A stretch of DNA of 64,000 bases from Saccostrea echinata. Taxonomy: Eukaryota. Position 1 is the stretch's first letter, and every line of letters begins with the position of its first letter. Below, piece by piece: positions 14,801 to 28,000 of the stretch. Position numbers and translations under genes: made by a program. Below the pieces are notes generated by a model. The model saw only the letters and a list, made by a program, of their open reading frames with translations, had not been told where the DNA came from and did no database searches. The stretch spans positions 1,984,001-2,048,000 of the forward strand of contig NW_026889768.1 of NCBI RefSeq assembly GCF_033153115.1, written 5' to 3'.

Positions 14801-17800
14801 AGGGCTTTCCCTGGGGAGGCTACACATCGCTGTGAAGCTGGGACAATAGACTGCATGGCTCCCTGGAAGTCCTGGGCACTGACACTGATACTGGACACAT
14901 CAATCTGCAGCTTCTCTGAGGACTGGTAGATCTGAGGGTACCTCTTCCTCAGAGCAAGCAAAGCAGCCTCAGTACAGAGAGCCTTCAAGTCTGCTCCACA
15001 GTAGCCTACAAAATCACAGTTTTAGTCTAATTAATGAGAAAACTTACCTTCTAAAGTTTGAAGAAAAACGGTTAATAAATCATGAGTTGTGTGCTTCATT
15101 TTATAAGTTTATGTGGGTAATTTAGATAACTCACTAAAGACTTACCAACACAAAGATCAGCCACACTGTTGATGAACTGAGGTAGTAATTTGGGGTTCCA
15201 ATCTTTAGTGTGTATAGACAGAATTTGTCTTCTTGCCTAGGAGAAACAGAAAACATAACAAATTACTTCACATACATGTACATGTATATGCTGCTGATTT
15301 TGTATACAAATGCTTTCCTCATTAATGTCTCAATGATTCTTACCTCTTTTGAGGGCAGAGAAAACATAAATTCTCTGTCAAATCTGCCTGGTCTTCTGAG
15401 GGCTGGGTCAATGGAATCAATTCTGTTGGTAGCTCCAATCACAATTACCTCTCCTCTGTTGTCAAGCCCATCCATTAGGGCCAGGAGTGTGGACACAATA
15501 GAGCTATGGATTTGATCCTGACGACTAGATCTGACAGGTGCTAGTCCATCTATCTCATCGAAGAAGATGATAGAGGGCCGCATCTGATAGGCCTGTATCA
15601 TTGTAACATAATAAAATTTAAAAATTGTGAAGTCTGTAACAAATTCAAAGAATCATCATAATCAGGGTTAAATTTATCTGCGCCATGATTAGGCCTAAGA
15701 CAAGAATATGTTTATTTACAATTACATGGTAATAAAAAGAATATAGTTTCAATAAGTAGGATTTTTTTTTCACATAAAGTTGAATTACAAAACTGACCAC
15801 TTGAAGCTCTTTTTTTCTTGCTAATTTTTTTTTGGTTATCTACCCAACAGCTCTCACAAAGTAATAGGATTTAAAAGAGTTAACATATGGGCATATAATT
15901 TGGGGATTGTATGTGATGTCAAAATCCAGAAGTCTCCGACAAGACTGTAGCTCTACTGGTTTTTGCTTAACAAAAGTAGCAATTGGACTTGTAATTTTGG
16001 AAACAGCAATAAATAAAATAATGAACCTTGGTTTAGACTGTTATGTGTCAAGTTTAATTGCAATTGGACAAAAACTGTACTAGAAGTAGCCTTTTGAAAG
16101 AATTCACCAAAATTTCTATTTTTAGTTACCATGACATTTGTTATAATTAAAAACCAATGCACAGGATTATGTGTCTTAGTGAAGTCTACTTGTGTACCAA
16201 GTTTTATCCGATTCGGACCAAAACTTCTTTGTTCATGGTTAAATATGAAGATGAAGAACCCTGTATAATGTACATCATAACATGATAAAGTCAAATCTTT
16301 TTCATCCTGTCTTCCTCCCCTTCAACCCTCAAATTTCCTTGTTGGTTTCAGAATTGCACTAGTTTTGTTTCTGGTATATACTTTGAAGTTAAAATGAATC
16401 AAATAAATACATGTACATAAAATGCCCTCATACTTGATCAAAGAGAAGGCGAAGCTGACGCTCCGACTCTCCAACCCATTTGCTCAAACAGTCTGCACCT
16501 TTCCTCATGAAAAAAGCTACACGTTTATCTCCCTTGCTGCATTCATTTGCCAAGGCTCTCGCTACCAAAGTTTTTCCTGTACCTGAAGAAAATTCATTGT
16601 ATATTACATGAAAAATTACAATTCCTTGTAAAATTAATCCAGTAACATGAATATCTTTAAATTTCCAAAATCAGTCAATCAAATCCATGCAACCTTACCA
16701 GGTGGTCCATAAAACAAGCATCCTCTAGGAGGTGCTATCTTAAATCTCTCAAAGACTTCAGAATAGAGAAGTGGGAAAACAACCATTTCTTTCAGAGCTC
16801 TGATATGCTTCTCTAGGCCTCCAACACTCTCAAAAGTTACCTGCAGAAGACAATCACTGAAAAATGACTTCATTACAGTAACAGAATATCACAGGAAGGA
16901 AATACATGTACATGTATTAGATATCAAAATTACATGTATAAACTAAACAGGTTTCCACAGATTCATATCAAAAATACACTGAATGACTTTTGACAAAATA
17001 TGCTACTTGTATGGACAGTTTTCAACAAACTGCATGTATATAAAAATCTTACAGATTTATCAATTGTCATAGGGTCAATATCAGCCAGACTGGCTCCAAT
17101 CCTCTGTCTGTCCTTCATGGTTCCAACAATATCTTTGTCTGTTAGGTTCATAGGCAGGAGCTGATTCCGTGCCCTTGCCATACTTTTGGCCTTCCTTCTC
17201 TGGAAGTGCTCTTCATCACTGCTAGACCCCGAAGATGATGAAGAGGTGCTGGAGCTGCCATGAAAAGCTCTCTTTCTTCTATAAATCAGGAAGATTTTCA
17301 GATTATACATGTATATTAATGCTCCAGGGAATAATTACCTGCACAATTAGATATGATTCTAGTTGGCCCACTTCCAAAATATAAAATTGCTTTAAAAAAA
17401 GGATACTGGACGCTATCTTATTTAAAATCCTTGTGCAAATATGCAATGAAAATGCAAAATACATGTATTGTAGGTAAAATTAACTCCATTTTTTTAGTTA
17501 AGTATTGTAACGAGCATTACTTCAGCAACTTGTAGGACATGGATAGGAATTACAAGCTTAAAAGGAACAGAGTACTGTAACAACATGTGATAATGCCTGT
17601 AAGAATTCTTGTACGCCTTAGACAAATTATCTAGTTTTTATTGTGTTCTTTAAGGGTGACAACATACCTAATATTGACACGTCGATGTGCTGGAGAACGA
17701 TAAACTGGCGAGTGCTTCTTCTTCCGTCTCACAGGTGAATCTGGGGCATCAGCAAAAATTGTGGGCTTCCTACGCCGTCTCTCTTCTGCAAAACATGGAA

Positions 17801-20800
17801 GAATCAAAAGACCACTCTTACAATTCAACTGACCTTAACATTATTAAATGTTCCTAAACTTACCTATTGGCACTTCAAATAGCTGTGTTCTAGGTTTGTG
17901 TTCCCTGAGATAATATGAGCGTCTTTGTGATTTGTCTGACTTCTTATCCTCTTCATCTTCATCTTCCTCCTCCTCTTCATTATTTTCCTCACCGTCTTCA
18001 TCTCCTTCTTCATCATTTTCTTCTTCTTCTTCACTGGACTCTATGCAACACAAATATTGAAAGTCTCTGATGCTTCTTCTTTTCAAATACAGGTAAAAGT
18101 ATACATTCATCTACTTGTGTTAATAGTATTCATTAAATTCTCAAAAGAAATCTTCCAATTATACCTTCCATAGGTACCAATAGTTGGGCAAGGAAGAATT
18201 TTATTATTTTTTTTCTGTCCTTATTTGTCTCTCTTGACATTTCCATCCAACAACTCACCACTTTCTGAAGACTCGTGTACAGGCATTCCATACATATCTC
18301 TCTTTACTGGTTTCCTCACTCTCTTTACTCTGCTATACATGCTCTCTTCCATGTCATCAACCTGTGAACAAATACTCAACCATGTGATATAATGAATCTA
18401 TTCCTTAATGTTTCATAAAACCAAACATGTGATACAATGCATTTATTCCTTAATGTCTCATAAAACCACAAACTACAAATTAACTGCTCTAAACACAAAT
18501 CCACAAAAACCTTTCACTTTTCCAGTTGCGCTATAAATTTTTGTAAGTATAGAAAAAGTCTACAAAACATTTTTTAAATTTTGCTAAATAAATATTTTCA
18601 ATCAAGTTTTTGGTAATATCTGGTTATTTTGTCACCACCTTCTACTAATAATGTTTCCTTTTAAAAAAACAACTTAATTGATATTGTATATATTATACTT
18701 TAACAATAACATACATTATCTGTTTCTTCCACTCTTCTTTTCTTTCTGGGATTGTCCTCACCATGATCATAGCTCTGCTTATCAACATACAAGGCCCTAT
18801 CCAAAATCTTGGGGTCAAACGTCCCATAAAGCAAATTCTTCTGTCGACTACTGCGGCGCACAGCCACCTCTTCTTTCTCCTCTATAATTGGCCGACTTCT
18901 ACGAACAGATCGTACTGGCCTTGGTGATGGTTTTTTATGGGATTCTGAAAAAAAGTTTTACATCAGTCTACAGAACTGGCTAGTGGCTACCCAGCAACTT
19001 TCAACCTAAAGTGATCTTACCAAAAATATGAAATTAGCTGGATGACCATGCTTTTGAGTCCCATGATCATATTTTTCATCTTATTTTAGTTTTTTCTTGT
19101 AAAAACTGGTTTAGCTCACACCTGTGCATTTTGATGAGATACATTTTATTATTACATCTGTATTTTGATCTTATATCCTTTTCCAGTCCAATCTGAAGTC
19201 AAATACTGTGCAGTTATTGAAGTCTACACAATTTTGTTTAAGAAAAGAAAGAATGAGTGCACTTAAGTACGTCATTTGGAACCTTTTCGGCTACCCATTT
19301 TAAGCTTTACATTACAATATATCGCTTAATTAATCTATGATTATTGTGCAAGCATATTCTTTTGATATTTATTCCTTGAATTTTTTGTCATACATATTTC
19401 TATAATTACAGACAATGTCATTGAAAAGAACATATACAAACCTTAAATTCCGGAAATTTGAACGGGACCACTTACAAATTTAAGGTATCCGCAAATAGGC
19501 GGAGTCATTTAAATCGCATGGATGTGGAATGTAAACATTAGCACATATATGATTTTTTTCGCACTGCAAATTTAAATGGAGAAGAGAGAGAATGTGTAGT
19601 TTAATGGTGCACAAATAATAAATGATTCTAGTGTTTAGGGATGGGGAAGATGTCTCGCCCTGCAGACCATTATACAGAGGCGACATGAGCCTGTACATGT
19701 ACATGTACTTACTAATCACACTGTCAATACCAGAATTCTTTCAAAACACCCGTAATGAAAAATACAAAGTAAAATAAGAGACATATAATCTTCAAACCCT
19801 ATTAAAATTTGCGCAAAAATCTTCCATAGTTTGAAGCTGAAAGTACGATAGATACTGTCACAATAGAAACTTTCAATAACAAACACAATGAAATGCTCAA
19901 TGAAAGCCTTAGCGTATCGAACAGTGGAATGTCACGTGAGTAAAGTGATTATAATATCAATCGTTGACACTCGGTGAACTGTTAATTTAGTGGCTAATTC
20001 GACCGTAGTTTGGAGACTTTTTCAAAAAATTAGATATGAGCCGCAATTTGTCCAACATTGTCCTTTGGATATGTTGAAGTTTAAATCAAAATACACATTC
20101 TGTGCAAATGAGTCCAATGGACAAGTTGCGGCTCGATGTAAACAATGTCGTTGAAAACTGGTATGCATATGAATAACAATAGAAATGTGACAAAACTGTT
20201 AGACCCCCGTCTCAAAAGCTAGTGTCGCTCGGCATTATTTAATACTTTCATGTAGTATAATATACCAAAACCTGCTCTTAAGACATTGTTTAATACCTAT
20301 AAAACATAAAGTTTATGACCTTTGGAATTTTATTTTGCGCAAAACACCGGGACCCAGCTCTCATAGCTTAAGTGCACTCATCCTTTACGTCATGTAGATG
20401 TTTTCCCAGTTGAAAAAGCACTGGACCCATTCCTAATTGCTGGATGCAATCAACAATTTTGTGATTCAGTCAATATCAAGAAAACATGAAAACTATACAC
20501 AACTTTCTAATTTTATTGCTTATACTGGTATGCACATTTATTGAAATTGTACATCTTGAGCAATATTAGTGTTTTCCCTTTATTTTAAAGTAAAGGGTTA
20601 GAGATTAATTGTAACAGGTTATGGGATGAGGTTTATGAACAAATCTCTGTGGACCTTACAAGAATTCAATTTTAAATTTTTAATTTCAAAGCAGCATTTT
20701 TATCAATTAAAGTTGTCAATTTGGCTGGTGGCCGGTTCTTAGGGACAACACTGATATTATGCAGAACCCACTTCAAAATGAATCATTGAAAATGCATTCT

Positions 20801-22263
20801 GGCTTTGTTTTGTTTTTGTAGTTACATTTCCTAAGGCTTTAAAAATGAGGAAAAAAAATATTGTTTTTTTTTGGGGGGGGGGAGGGTAAATTTACATTTT
20901 TAAACTTTTTACCGATTCCACCATCTTGATTTTGACGGAGGACAAAAACAACATCAGATTGTTAGTCAAGCACTTCAACTAATTACCAACAGCTTTTTTA
21001 ACGGAGCCAAACTGAAGTTAAGACGCTGACATGCTTTTAACAGGATATCTGGTCCATGGCCATCACACTTAGACGAGCTCATCTTTAACCTCAGTCTCAC
21101 TTTTACAAAAGGAATATATAGTGGAAAAGGGAGACTGAGATCAAAAGTGAGCTCAATTTAAGTATTATGGCCCCAAAGCCAGGTTTTGTTTATAGAATTG
21201 GCTAGATAATTTGAAAATTTTAAATTTATGTAGAATTTTTTTTTTAAGAATAATTTTGAGATTTTTTTTTCAGGGGTATAATTTATTTTTTAATACATAT
21301 TTACACACATTTATTTGTTAACATAAACACTGATAACAGAAAATTGAAAATCTGACACCTGCTTGCCCAAATGGATATGAACACAATATGTTGCTTATAT
21401 CTCTGATATAAGTTTAAATGCTAATTTTGTAAATCTACCATAAATTTCTCCATGTTTGTGCTCACCATAATCACTTTCTTCATCTGTTGGGTCATCATCA
21501 TGTATAACAAACCTACAATCGAAGTACTACATATTAAAGTTTTTAACTCACTGAATGTTAAATGATTGCTCTACATTAAAATAAATGTTACATATCTATG
21601 AACGTAGAAATAATTGTGACTGTTTTACCTGCGCCTGGTAGCTGCTCTAGTACTTCTCTGGTTTACAGACTTTCTGAGACTCCTTGGTGAGAAATCAACA
21701 ACACCACTACTCTCATCTGTTTCTTCACCCTGAAAAGTGAAAATATTCATTGATTTGTGTAATGGAATCAATGTGCATAGTTTTTGTGGTAACGTCAACT
21801 TAAGTGAATCAGTCATCAACTTAAGTGAATCAGTCAGCGACATATCACAATAAATGTGCACAGATTTTCTTTGGCTGTATCGTTCAGCAGTTCAGCCTGT
21901 TTCCCTGGGTGCATTCATAAATATGTCTCGGATAAAATAAATTCAAGATTCAGGTTCAAATACTGTCAAATCAAGTATTAACCATTGCAAGATTTAATAC
22001 TATAAATTAACTTAATTAATTTTGCCAATAACTAAAGATGCTACGATATACATGTAAGTGAAAGTAATAAATAAGTAGCATCTATGTTTCCGAGGAAATT
22101 CGAAATGAATGAAAACCCTTTGTTCGATATCAAAGGATGTGCGAATTCACACTTAGATCAGATGAAATCTCACGTTTGCTTCATGGTCCCTCTTGCCGAA
22201 ATCTTCATGTGACAAAAACGGGACTTCCGAGCGATTTTCCGCTCGGTGTCTAGTATTCACCAT
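2914..22263 (-). CDS. ATAD2: ATPase family AAA domain-containing protein 2 (ATAD2/ATAD2B orthologue; AAA+ ATPase and bromodomain histone chaperone), 24 coding exons, about 1403 aa
   Basis: Phase-consistent GT-AG exons: 22174-22263 (MVNTR..., like the ATAD2B N-terminus), 21629-21729, 21466-21512, 18715-18944, 18259-18361, 17864-18040, 17668-17785, 17053-17278, 16699-16840, 16434-16582, 15344-15592, 15146-15236, 14694-15005, 14457-14577, 14051-14237, 11815-12000, 11515-11650, 11210-11230, 10616-10809, 8275-8434, 7947-8069, 7012-7815, 6340-6542, 2914-2955 ([13 protein letters not shown]). Motifs: Walker A GPPGTGKT, Walker [41 protein letters not shown], degenerate second AAA (GPAGRGQT), bromodomain [14 protein letters not shown]...NALEYNP. 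The last exon is less certain because the final intron spans an N gap. Confidence 0.95.
3001..3130. other. Assembly gap (130 N)
   Basis: Run of N. Confidence 1.
3477..4208 (+). mobile_element. Decayed Penelope-like retroelement fragment (RT C-terminus, Cys linker, GIY-YIG endonuclease) in an ATAD2 intron
   Basis: [23 protein letters not shown] (PLE RT thumb-like), [15 protein letters not shown]...[24 protein letters not shown]...RVRVH (GIY-YIG). Frameshift/stop near 4030. Confidence 0.85.
4284..5077. mobile_element. Non-autonomous element with a long terminal hairpin (Crypton-like structure)
   Basis: About 163-bp imperfect palindrome at 4288-4450; TTTATTATACC (4458) is inverted with GGTATAATAAA (5067); (TA)n flanks. 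Confidence 0.55.
5740..5823. repeat. (TA)n microsatellite
   Basis: About 42 perfect TA units. Confidence 0.98.
8460..10234. mobile_element. HINE/Helentron-like element carrying about 11 copies of a 146-bp tandem repeat
   Basis: Subterminal inverted repeat AGCTCACCTCGACG / CGTCGAGGTGAGCT; CCCTAGATGCATC at 9200, 9346, 9492, 9638, 9784, 9930, 10076; (GACGCC)n; terminal hairpin. Confidence 0.85.
12720..13931. mobile_element. Non-autonomous Tc1/mariner (pogo/Tigger-like) element
   Basis: TA|CAGTCAAACTTGT...ACAGGTTTGACTG|TA, TA target duplication, subterminal GGTCACC repeats. Confidence 0.75.
15929..16225. mobile_element. Truncated copy of the 156-bp-repeat HINE family
   Basis: AAGTCTCCGACAAGACTGTAGCTCTACTGGT start and one repeat unit match 139-899. 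More decayed copies at about 12195-12700 and 5930-6120. Confidence 0.65.
19250..20384. mobile_element. Non-autonomous TIR element (Kolobok-like termini)
   Basis: AG(A)ATGAGTGCACTTAAG ... CTTAAGTGCACTCATCCT. Confidence 0.6.
21057..21172. mobile_element. Small palindromic MITE
   Basis: GGCCAT..ACTTA..GAGCTCA...TCAGTCTC and its inverted counterpart GAGACTGA...TGAGCTC..TAAGT..ATGGCC. Confidence 0.5.
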
Positions 22264-22506
22264 TCTTTTTCGGCTGCTTTCCTACTTTCATGAAGCCCAC
22301 TCACACCGAAAGTACTTACTACGCAAAGTATAGTGCAAGCATATTACACAAAATATATGGAATTTATCTCGAAAATATATTCTCAACCAGGTAGAAATAA
22401 ATGTAAGCATTATAAAACTATTATTTTAGAAAGTAATATGTCCAGTTATTATATTTTTAATCATGCGGATGATATCGATGCCATTTTCATAACATAGGTA
22501 GAAAAG

Positions 22507-22523
22507 GCGCCAAATGCGATTGG
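22507..22523 (-). promoter_or_regulatory. E2F site plus CCAAT box upstream of ATAD2
   Basis: On the minus strand, TTTGGCGC (22507-22514) matches the E2F consensus TTTSSCGC and CCAAT lies at 22519-22523, about 250 bp upstream of the ATG. Mammalian ATAD2 is an E2F target. Confidence 0.5.
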
Positions 22524-24857
22524 GTGGTCTCCCACGTTAAACATCGAAGAGATCACCAGCAGGCATGTTTAGCGCTGCAGTTTACAAAACTTTCCTCAGA
22601 ATTGTCTTTAGAAAGGAGATTCAGGAAAATTTAAAGTTTATTACTCTGAATAAAACCCTTAAACACTAAGTGCAATGTACATGTATACAGTATATTGTTT
22701 AATAAATTTGCATCATCCCACTGTTTCTTTTTGATGTTGAAAATTAAATGAAAAGGGGAATGGTACGTGAGTCAACTTGAAAGATTACTTTTTACCCTAA
22801 CCATGCTAACAGAAATTTTACTGTAATTTATAGTAAATATTTTAATACTTTGACCAGTTGACTTACTATGATATGAATCTTTAATACTCCATATAAAACT
22901 TTTTTGGGGGAGAGGGGGGGGGCTTGATATCTCTTAAAAGCAATGATGTTATAGTAATAATATGTCATGAATGAAAGAAAGTAAAAGTACAACAGCCTGT
23001 GTGTAAATGCAGGGACCTATATACTATACTATATTAGTATATAAGTCCCTGGTAAATGTTACTTAATGAACCCACCCCTCTCTCCCCAACCCGTGTTATT
23101 CTGCTCCTCCACTCACAAATACATTCCGTCATCATCTGAGATGAGCAGTATGTAAAATATATACATCTATACCGGGAATTTTTTCAGATGCCATTAATAA
23201 TAATGGCATTCATTTCCCCTGATATAGTTTGTTGTTTTGCTGCTGGACATTCTTCTATTTTGCATTTTGCATATGGAATTAATTTATTTGTATATTTCAT
23301 TTCGATTTATAAGTAAATAATCTTGAAAAATGGCGACAAAGGTAATGAATGCATGAACTGATTTTTAAAAATCGAAAAATCGGCTTTTTTAAAATTATTT
23401 AATTCTTTGAAAAAATATACAAATAAATTAAAGTCAGATGATATGTTATTTCCTCAATAATCTATAAGAATCTGATAACTGAACTATTGCTTCTTTAACA
23501 AGTTTCCTTACCAAAAATTGAGGTTTACCTTACCAGGCATTCGTCCAAGATACCAGAGGATGGTAATTCTTATAAAGTCCTATATTGAAAATAACTTGAT
23601 TTGCTGATTTAACAATTTTTGGTGTTTTTTATCATTAAAGATAATTTTTAAAATAGTTTAGAAATAAAAAGACAATAATTATGAATATTTTGGTATACTA
23701 CAAAGAGAGTCATATATTTAAGGAACGTCGTCGTCAGACCTGAAAAGAAAATAGTTTCGGAGACATTATTCATGTATAATTAAAAAAAAAATTAATCTGA
23801 ATTTAAGATATACTTAGTTTAGTGCAATGAAATGGACAAGAAATGCAAAGGCGATACTATCTATGAAGTAAGGCCGGGATATATCCTAGCGTATCCAGAA
23901 AGAACAAGTAAAATTACAGAAGAATATTGATTGATTGTATGTTGTTTTACGTCTCAATCGAGAACTTTTTTATTCCAAAAGAGTTGTTACCAAAAAAGGC
24001 CTCAAATTTACGGTAGACCTATATATATGAGTGTCAAAATCTAGATAGCTTTCTCAAGTAACATCAGAAGTACTTAGTAATAATGGTCGCAGTTTCGAAC
24101 ATTTTTTTTTTTTTTTTTTTTTTTTGAATTTCATTTTCATTTTATTTAGGCCTATAACTTTGATATCTTTTTAAAATTTATTTTCTTGATGTATATTTAT
24201 TTATGAGTATACAATGAGATCCTCCCCCACTCCGGCGTGAGATCCCCCCACCCCCACCCCGGCGTCTTATTTTTTCTATTATAAGTCCTACATTAGTTTG
24301 CTAGTTTTAATTTAAAATCTGTAAAATTTTGAATCCATCCTCCCCCAAAGCTGCTGACATCAATTCCATCGCGCGACTCGATCTTGGGTTGATTAGCGTT
24401 AATTACATTTTTGTTGAGCTCACCTAGCCTGCCTAAATCTAGATCGCACGAAACTATGGTAAATTTCTAGGCGTGTTGCAAAGTAAAGCAAATTAGAGTA
24501 AAGCAAAAAATTTTAGTGTTATAGAAGGAGGAATTTTGATGTTCTAAAGCCAGGGACCTATAGCATATACGTAACCGCTAAAGCGAAAGCTATATACAAG
24601 TATGTACAACGACCCTCCCCCTTCCAACCCCCCCCCCCACCCCCACCCCCCAAACGAAAAAAATGTTGAATTCGAAGTTCCTTATTTAAAAATAAATATT
24701 GTGATGAACTTTCATAAGATTTAACTTCACTGATTCCAATGTATGGTCCACATTATTAAAAAAAAGTGAAAACAGGAGCCGATTTTTAAAACGGGCGGAT
24801 CGAAACCTCAGACTCCGATATAATAAATAAACGTTCGTTATTTCGCGGCATATTTGA

Positions 24858-24865
24858 TCACGTGA
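24858..24865. promoter_or_regulatory. Palindromic E-box TCACGTGA in the proximal promoter of the Tudor gene
   Basis: Motif about 150 bp upstream of the ATG in a CpG-containing patch. Confidence 0.35.
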
Positions 24866-25014
24866 CATATTAACAAACATGGCAGGGAGTTCGAGAAAAT
24901 TGACAAACGAATATGAGGAGTAACTGTGCAGTGGTTGACAGGGGTAGATTTTTGAACACATATTGAAAGATTACAAATTAAGTACAATTTTTAAAATTTC
25001 ATTACAAAGGCAAA

Positions 25015-28000
25015 ATGTCCAGAGTAGTGCCAGGTTCAAGAATTTTGGGAACTGTCACCCACGTGGAGTTTGACGCAGGTGTGTGTAACGGATATTGTCA
25101 GTTGTGTGAGGAAAACGTTGTCGAAGAACTTGCAGAAAATATTCAGAGTAGTGTAGGAAATTGTGCAGTGTTAGGTGGTAGCCTGGGGAATGATGAAATC
25201 GTTTTAGCATTATTTCACGAGGATGATAATTGGTACAGAGGCAAGATTGTCGGAAAAGGCGCCAACGACCTGTCCATCTTTTTTGTTGATTATGGCAACA
25301 CAGAAACTGTTAGTGCAGACAATATTAGGAAACTTCCTAGTTTGCTGAAGCATGTAGAACCATTGGCAACAAAGTGTGTATTTGTTGATTTCTCTCCAGC
25401 AAGAGGTCAATGGACACCAGAGGAAGAGGAGGCGGTAAGAGAGAGACTACTGAATGAAGAATACATGGTAGAAGTTATTCAGAAATCTCCACAGGGATTT
25501 TCTGTAAGACTGCACAGTCCATCGGCCAATAGTATTTCTTCACCCAGTTCTATGACATTGCAAAATGTCAATACAAACTCTTGTCATCAGTGTTATATTT
25601 CATACATTGAAAGTGCTAATAAATTCTGGGTGCAACTTCAAGAAACAGAAAATGACTTAAGCAATATAATGAGTCAAATTGCAGAATACTGTACAAGTAG
25701 TGCTGAAAAACTTGGTAATCCACAAATGGGAGAATTTTGTCTGGCTTATTACAGTGAAGATGAGGCACCATATAGGTCACAGATATTAACAAGCACCTCA
25801 GACAAATGCCTTGTGCAGTTTGTAGATTATGGAAATTCAGAATCAAAGTCACACAATGAATTATTATCTCTACCTGCCAAATTCATGAATTTTCCAATTC
25901 AAGGTCTTAGGTGTTGTTATAAAACTACCAGAATTAATCCAAGTAAACTGGAGGACAAGCTACAAGAACTTTCGGCTTCTGATGGAGTGGTGAAAGTCAA
26001 ATTTCTGAGGAAAAGTAATGACGAACACACAATAGAAATAGATGAGATTGAAAAGATGGAAAGCCATGGTAGTTTAAACAGTTCTCAGACATTGGAGTCC
26101 CAGCATGAATACCCAGTGTCGTCACTTGTGGGTAATCGGACTTATGATGTATGCATTTGCTATGTGGAGCATCCTGGTCGATTTTTTGTGCAACTTCTCA
26201 GTAGTTCTGATACTGTTAGTGATCTGATGGATTTGGCTCATGAGGAATTTATAACTAACAGGCCACTTTCAAGACCCACACCCAAACAGTCATGTTTAGC
26301 TAGAATGAGTGATGGTGCAGTGTACAGGAGTTCTGTGGAATCTGTTGGATCTTCTATTAAAGTCACCTCAGTAGACTTTGGGTTTACAGAAACTGTAGAT
26401 GCGCAAAACCTCCGAGAAATTTCAGAAAAATTGACATCTATCCCAGCACAGTGTGTTCAGTGCACTGTAGACCTGACAAAGATGACACCAGACTACTGGT
26501 CAGAAGGAGAAATAGAAATTCTTAAAGGACTTGAGAATGATGTACCCTTGGTATCCATGGTGACATCAAATAGAGGAGGAGTTTACCAGTTAGACTTGTA
26601 CGATACAAGAGACAAAGACATTGATCGTTATTTGAATGAGGAGTTGTTAGGGGTTAAAAAACAAGGAAAATCTGTGTCATCATACAAAGAATCTGCCAGG
26701 CAAACTGTCAGGAGACTAAAGATACCAGAACCAGATGTCGCTGTTGGCAGCACTGAGATGGTTTGTGTCACTGCGATGTACTCCACTAAACAGTTCTACG
26801 GCCAGCTGACCAAAGTTCCAGTTGAAAAGTTTGCTTCTCTCCAGGAGACTTTAATGAAGGTGTACGAAATGGGACAGGATGTCATAGCTGACTGTGAGGT
26901 GGGAACATTCTGCTGTGCAAAGTACACAGACGGATCCTGGTATAGAGCACTCATTACTTCTGTCACAGGAAGTTCAGCGGAGATCATGTTTATTGATTTT
27001 GGTGACTCCTGCACTGTACCCATGACATCATTGTATCAGATACATCCAAGTGTCGCTGACACCCCACAACTTTGTATCATGTGCCAATTTCAGAAACCCC
27101 CGATGAGTGTCAGTATGTCAGATTTACAGACTCTTTTGGTTGACAAAGTAGTGGAGGTCAGACTTGCATCAAGGACAGGCAAGTTACTTCATTATTTTCC
27201 TATATTCACCTAGTATTTCTGACATCTATGGAAATAAGGTACCAAAAAATTCACAATTTAAAAGTTGTAAATGTTTGTATTTTTGTTAAGTAAATTTTCT
27301 CTACTGATTAGATTTTTTTTAAATTTTGCAGATGGAGTATTTCCAACTTTCCAGATTGAATTTACCAGCCATTCAAACAACAAAACTATCACCAGTAAAC
27401 TCTTTGGGAACCAGCACAGGATCCCGAGACTCCCTCAAGTGGCCCTGCAGAGTGGGTAAGTTTGAGTTAAGGAAGGATAAGTGTAGCTGTGTCATATATA
27501 AATGGTACACCATCAGGTAGTGTAGATTCAAATTTGTTCAAATCAGGACCCCTGGGGTCAAATGTTGCATAGGAATATATAGGGAAAACTTCTCAAGAAC
27601 AGCAAAGCCATGGTTAGTCATATTTAATGGTGTAGATTCAATTTAAAAAAAAAAAAAAAAAAAAATCAAGACACCTAAAAGGGGGGGGGGGGTAGGGTTA
27701 GGCCACAATGGGCTATTAAAGGAGAAAAATCTGATGAAAACAGCAGGGCCATAGTTAACTCATTTGAGTGTTGTGGCCCATGGGCCTTTTTAAAAAAATT
27801 GTAATTTAATTTTTACTTTCAAAATAACAATGAATTGAGGTTTTATTTCCTGTCAGATCATATAAAATATAAATATTTCCTGTCAGATCATATAAAACCT
27901 GTATTTGGATGTAAACGATATGATTATTGATATTAAGAAACAGTGGTGAGAGAAAGGGGATGGTGGCTATTGGTGACCAGGAGGAAGTTATGGTCACTCA

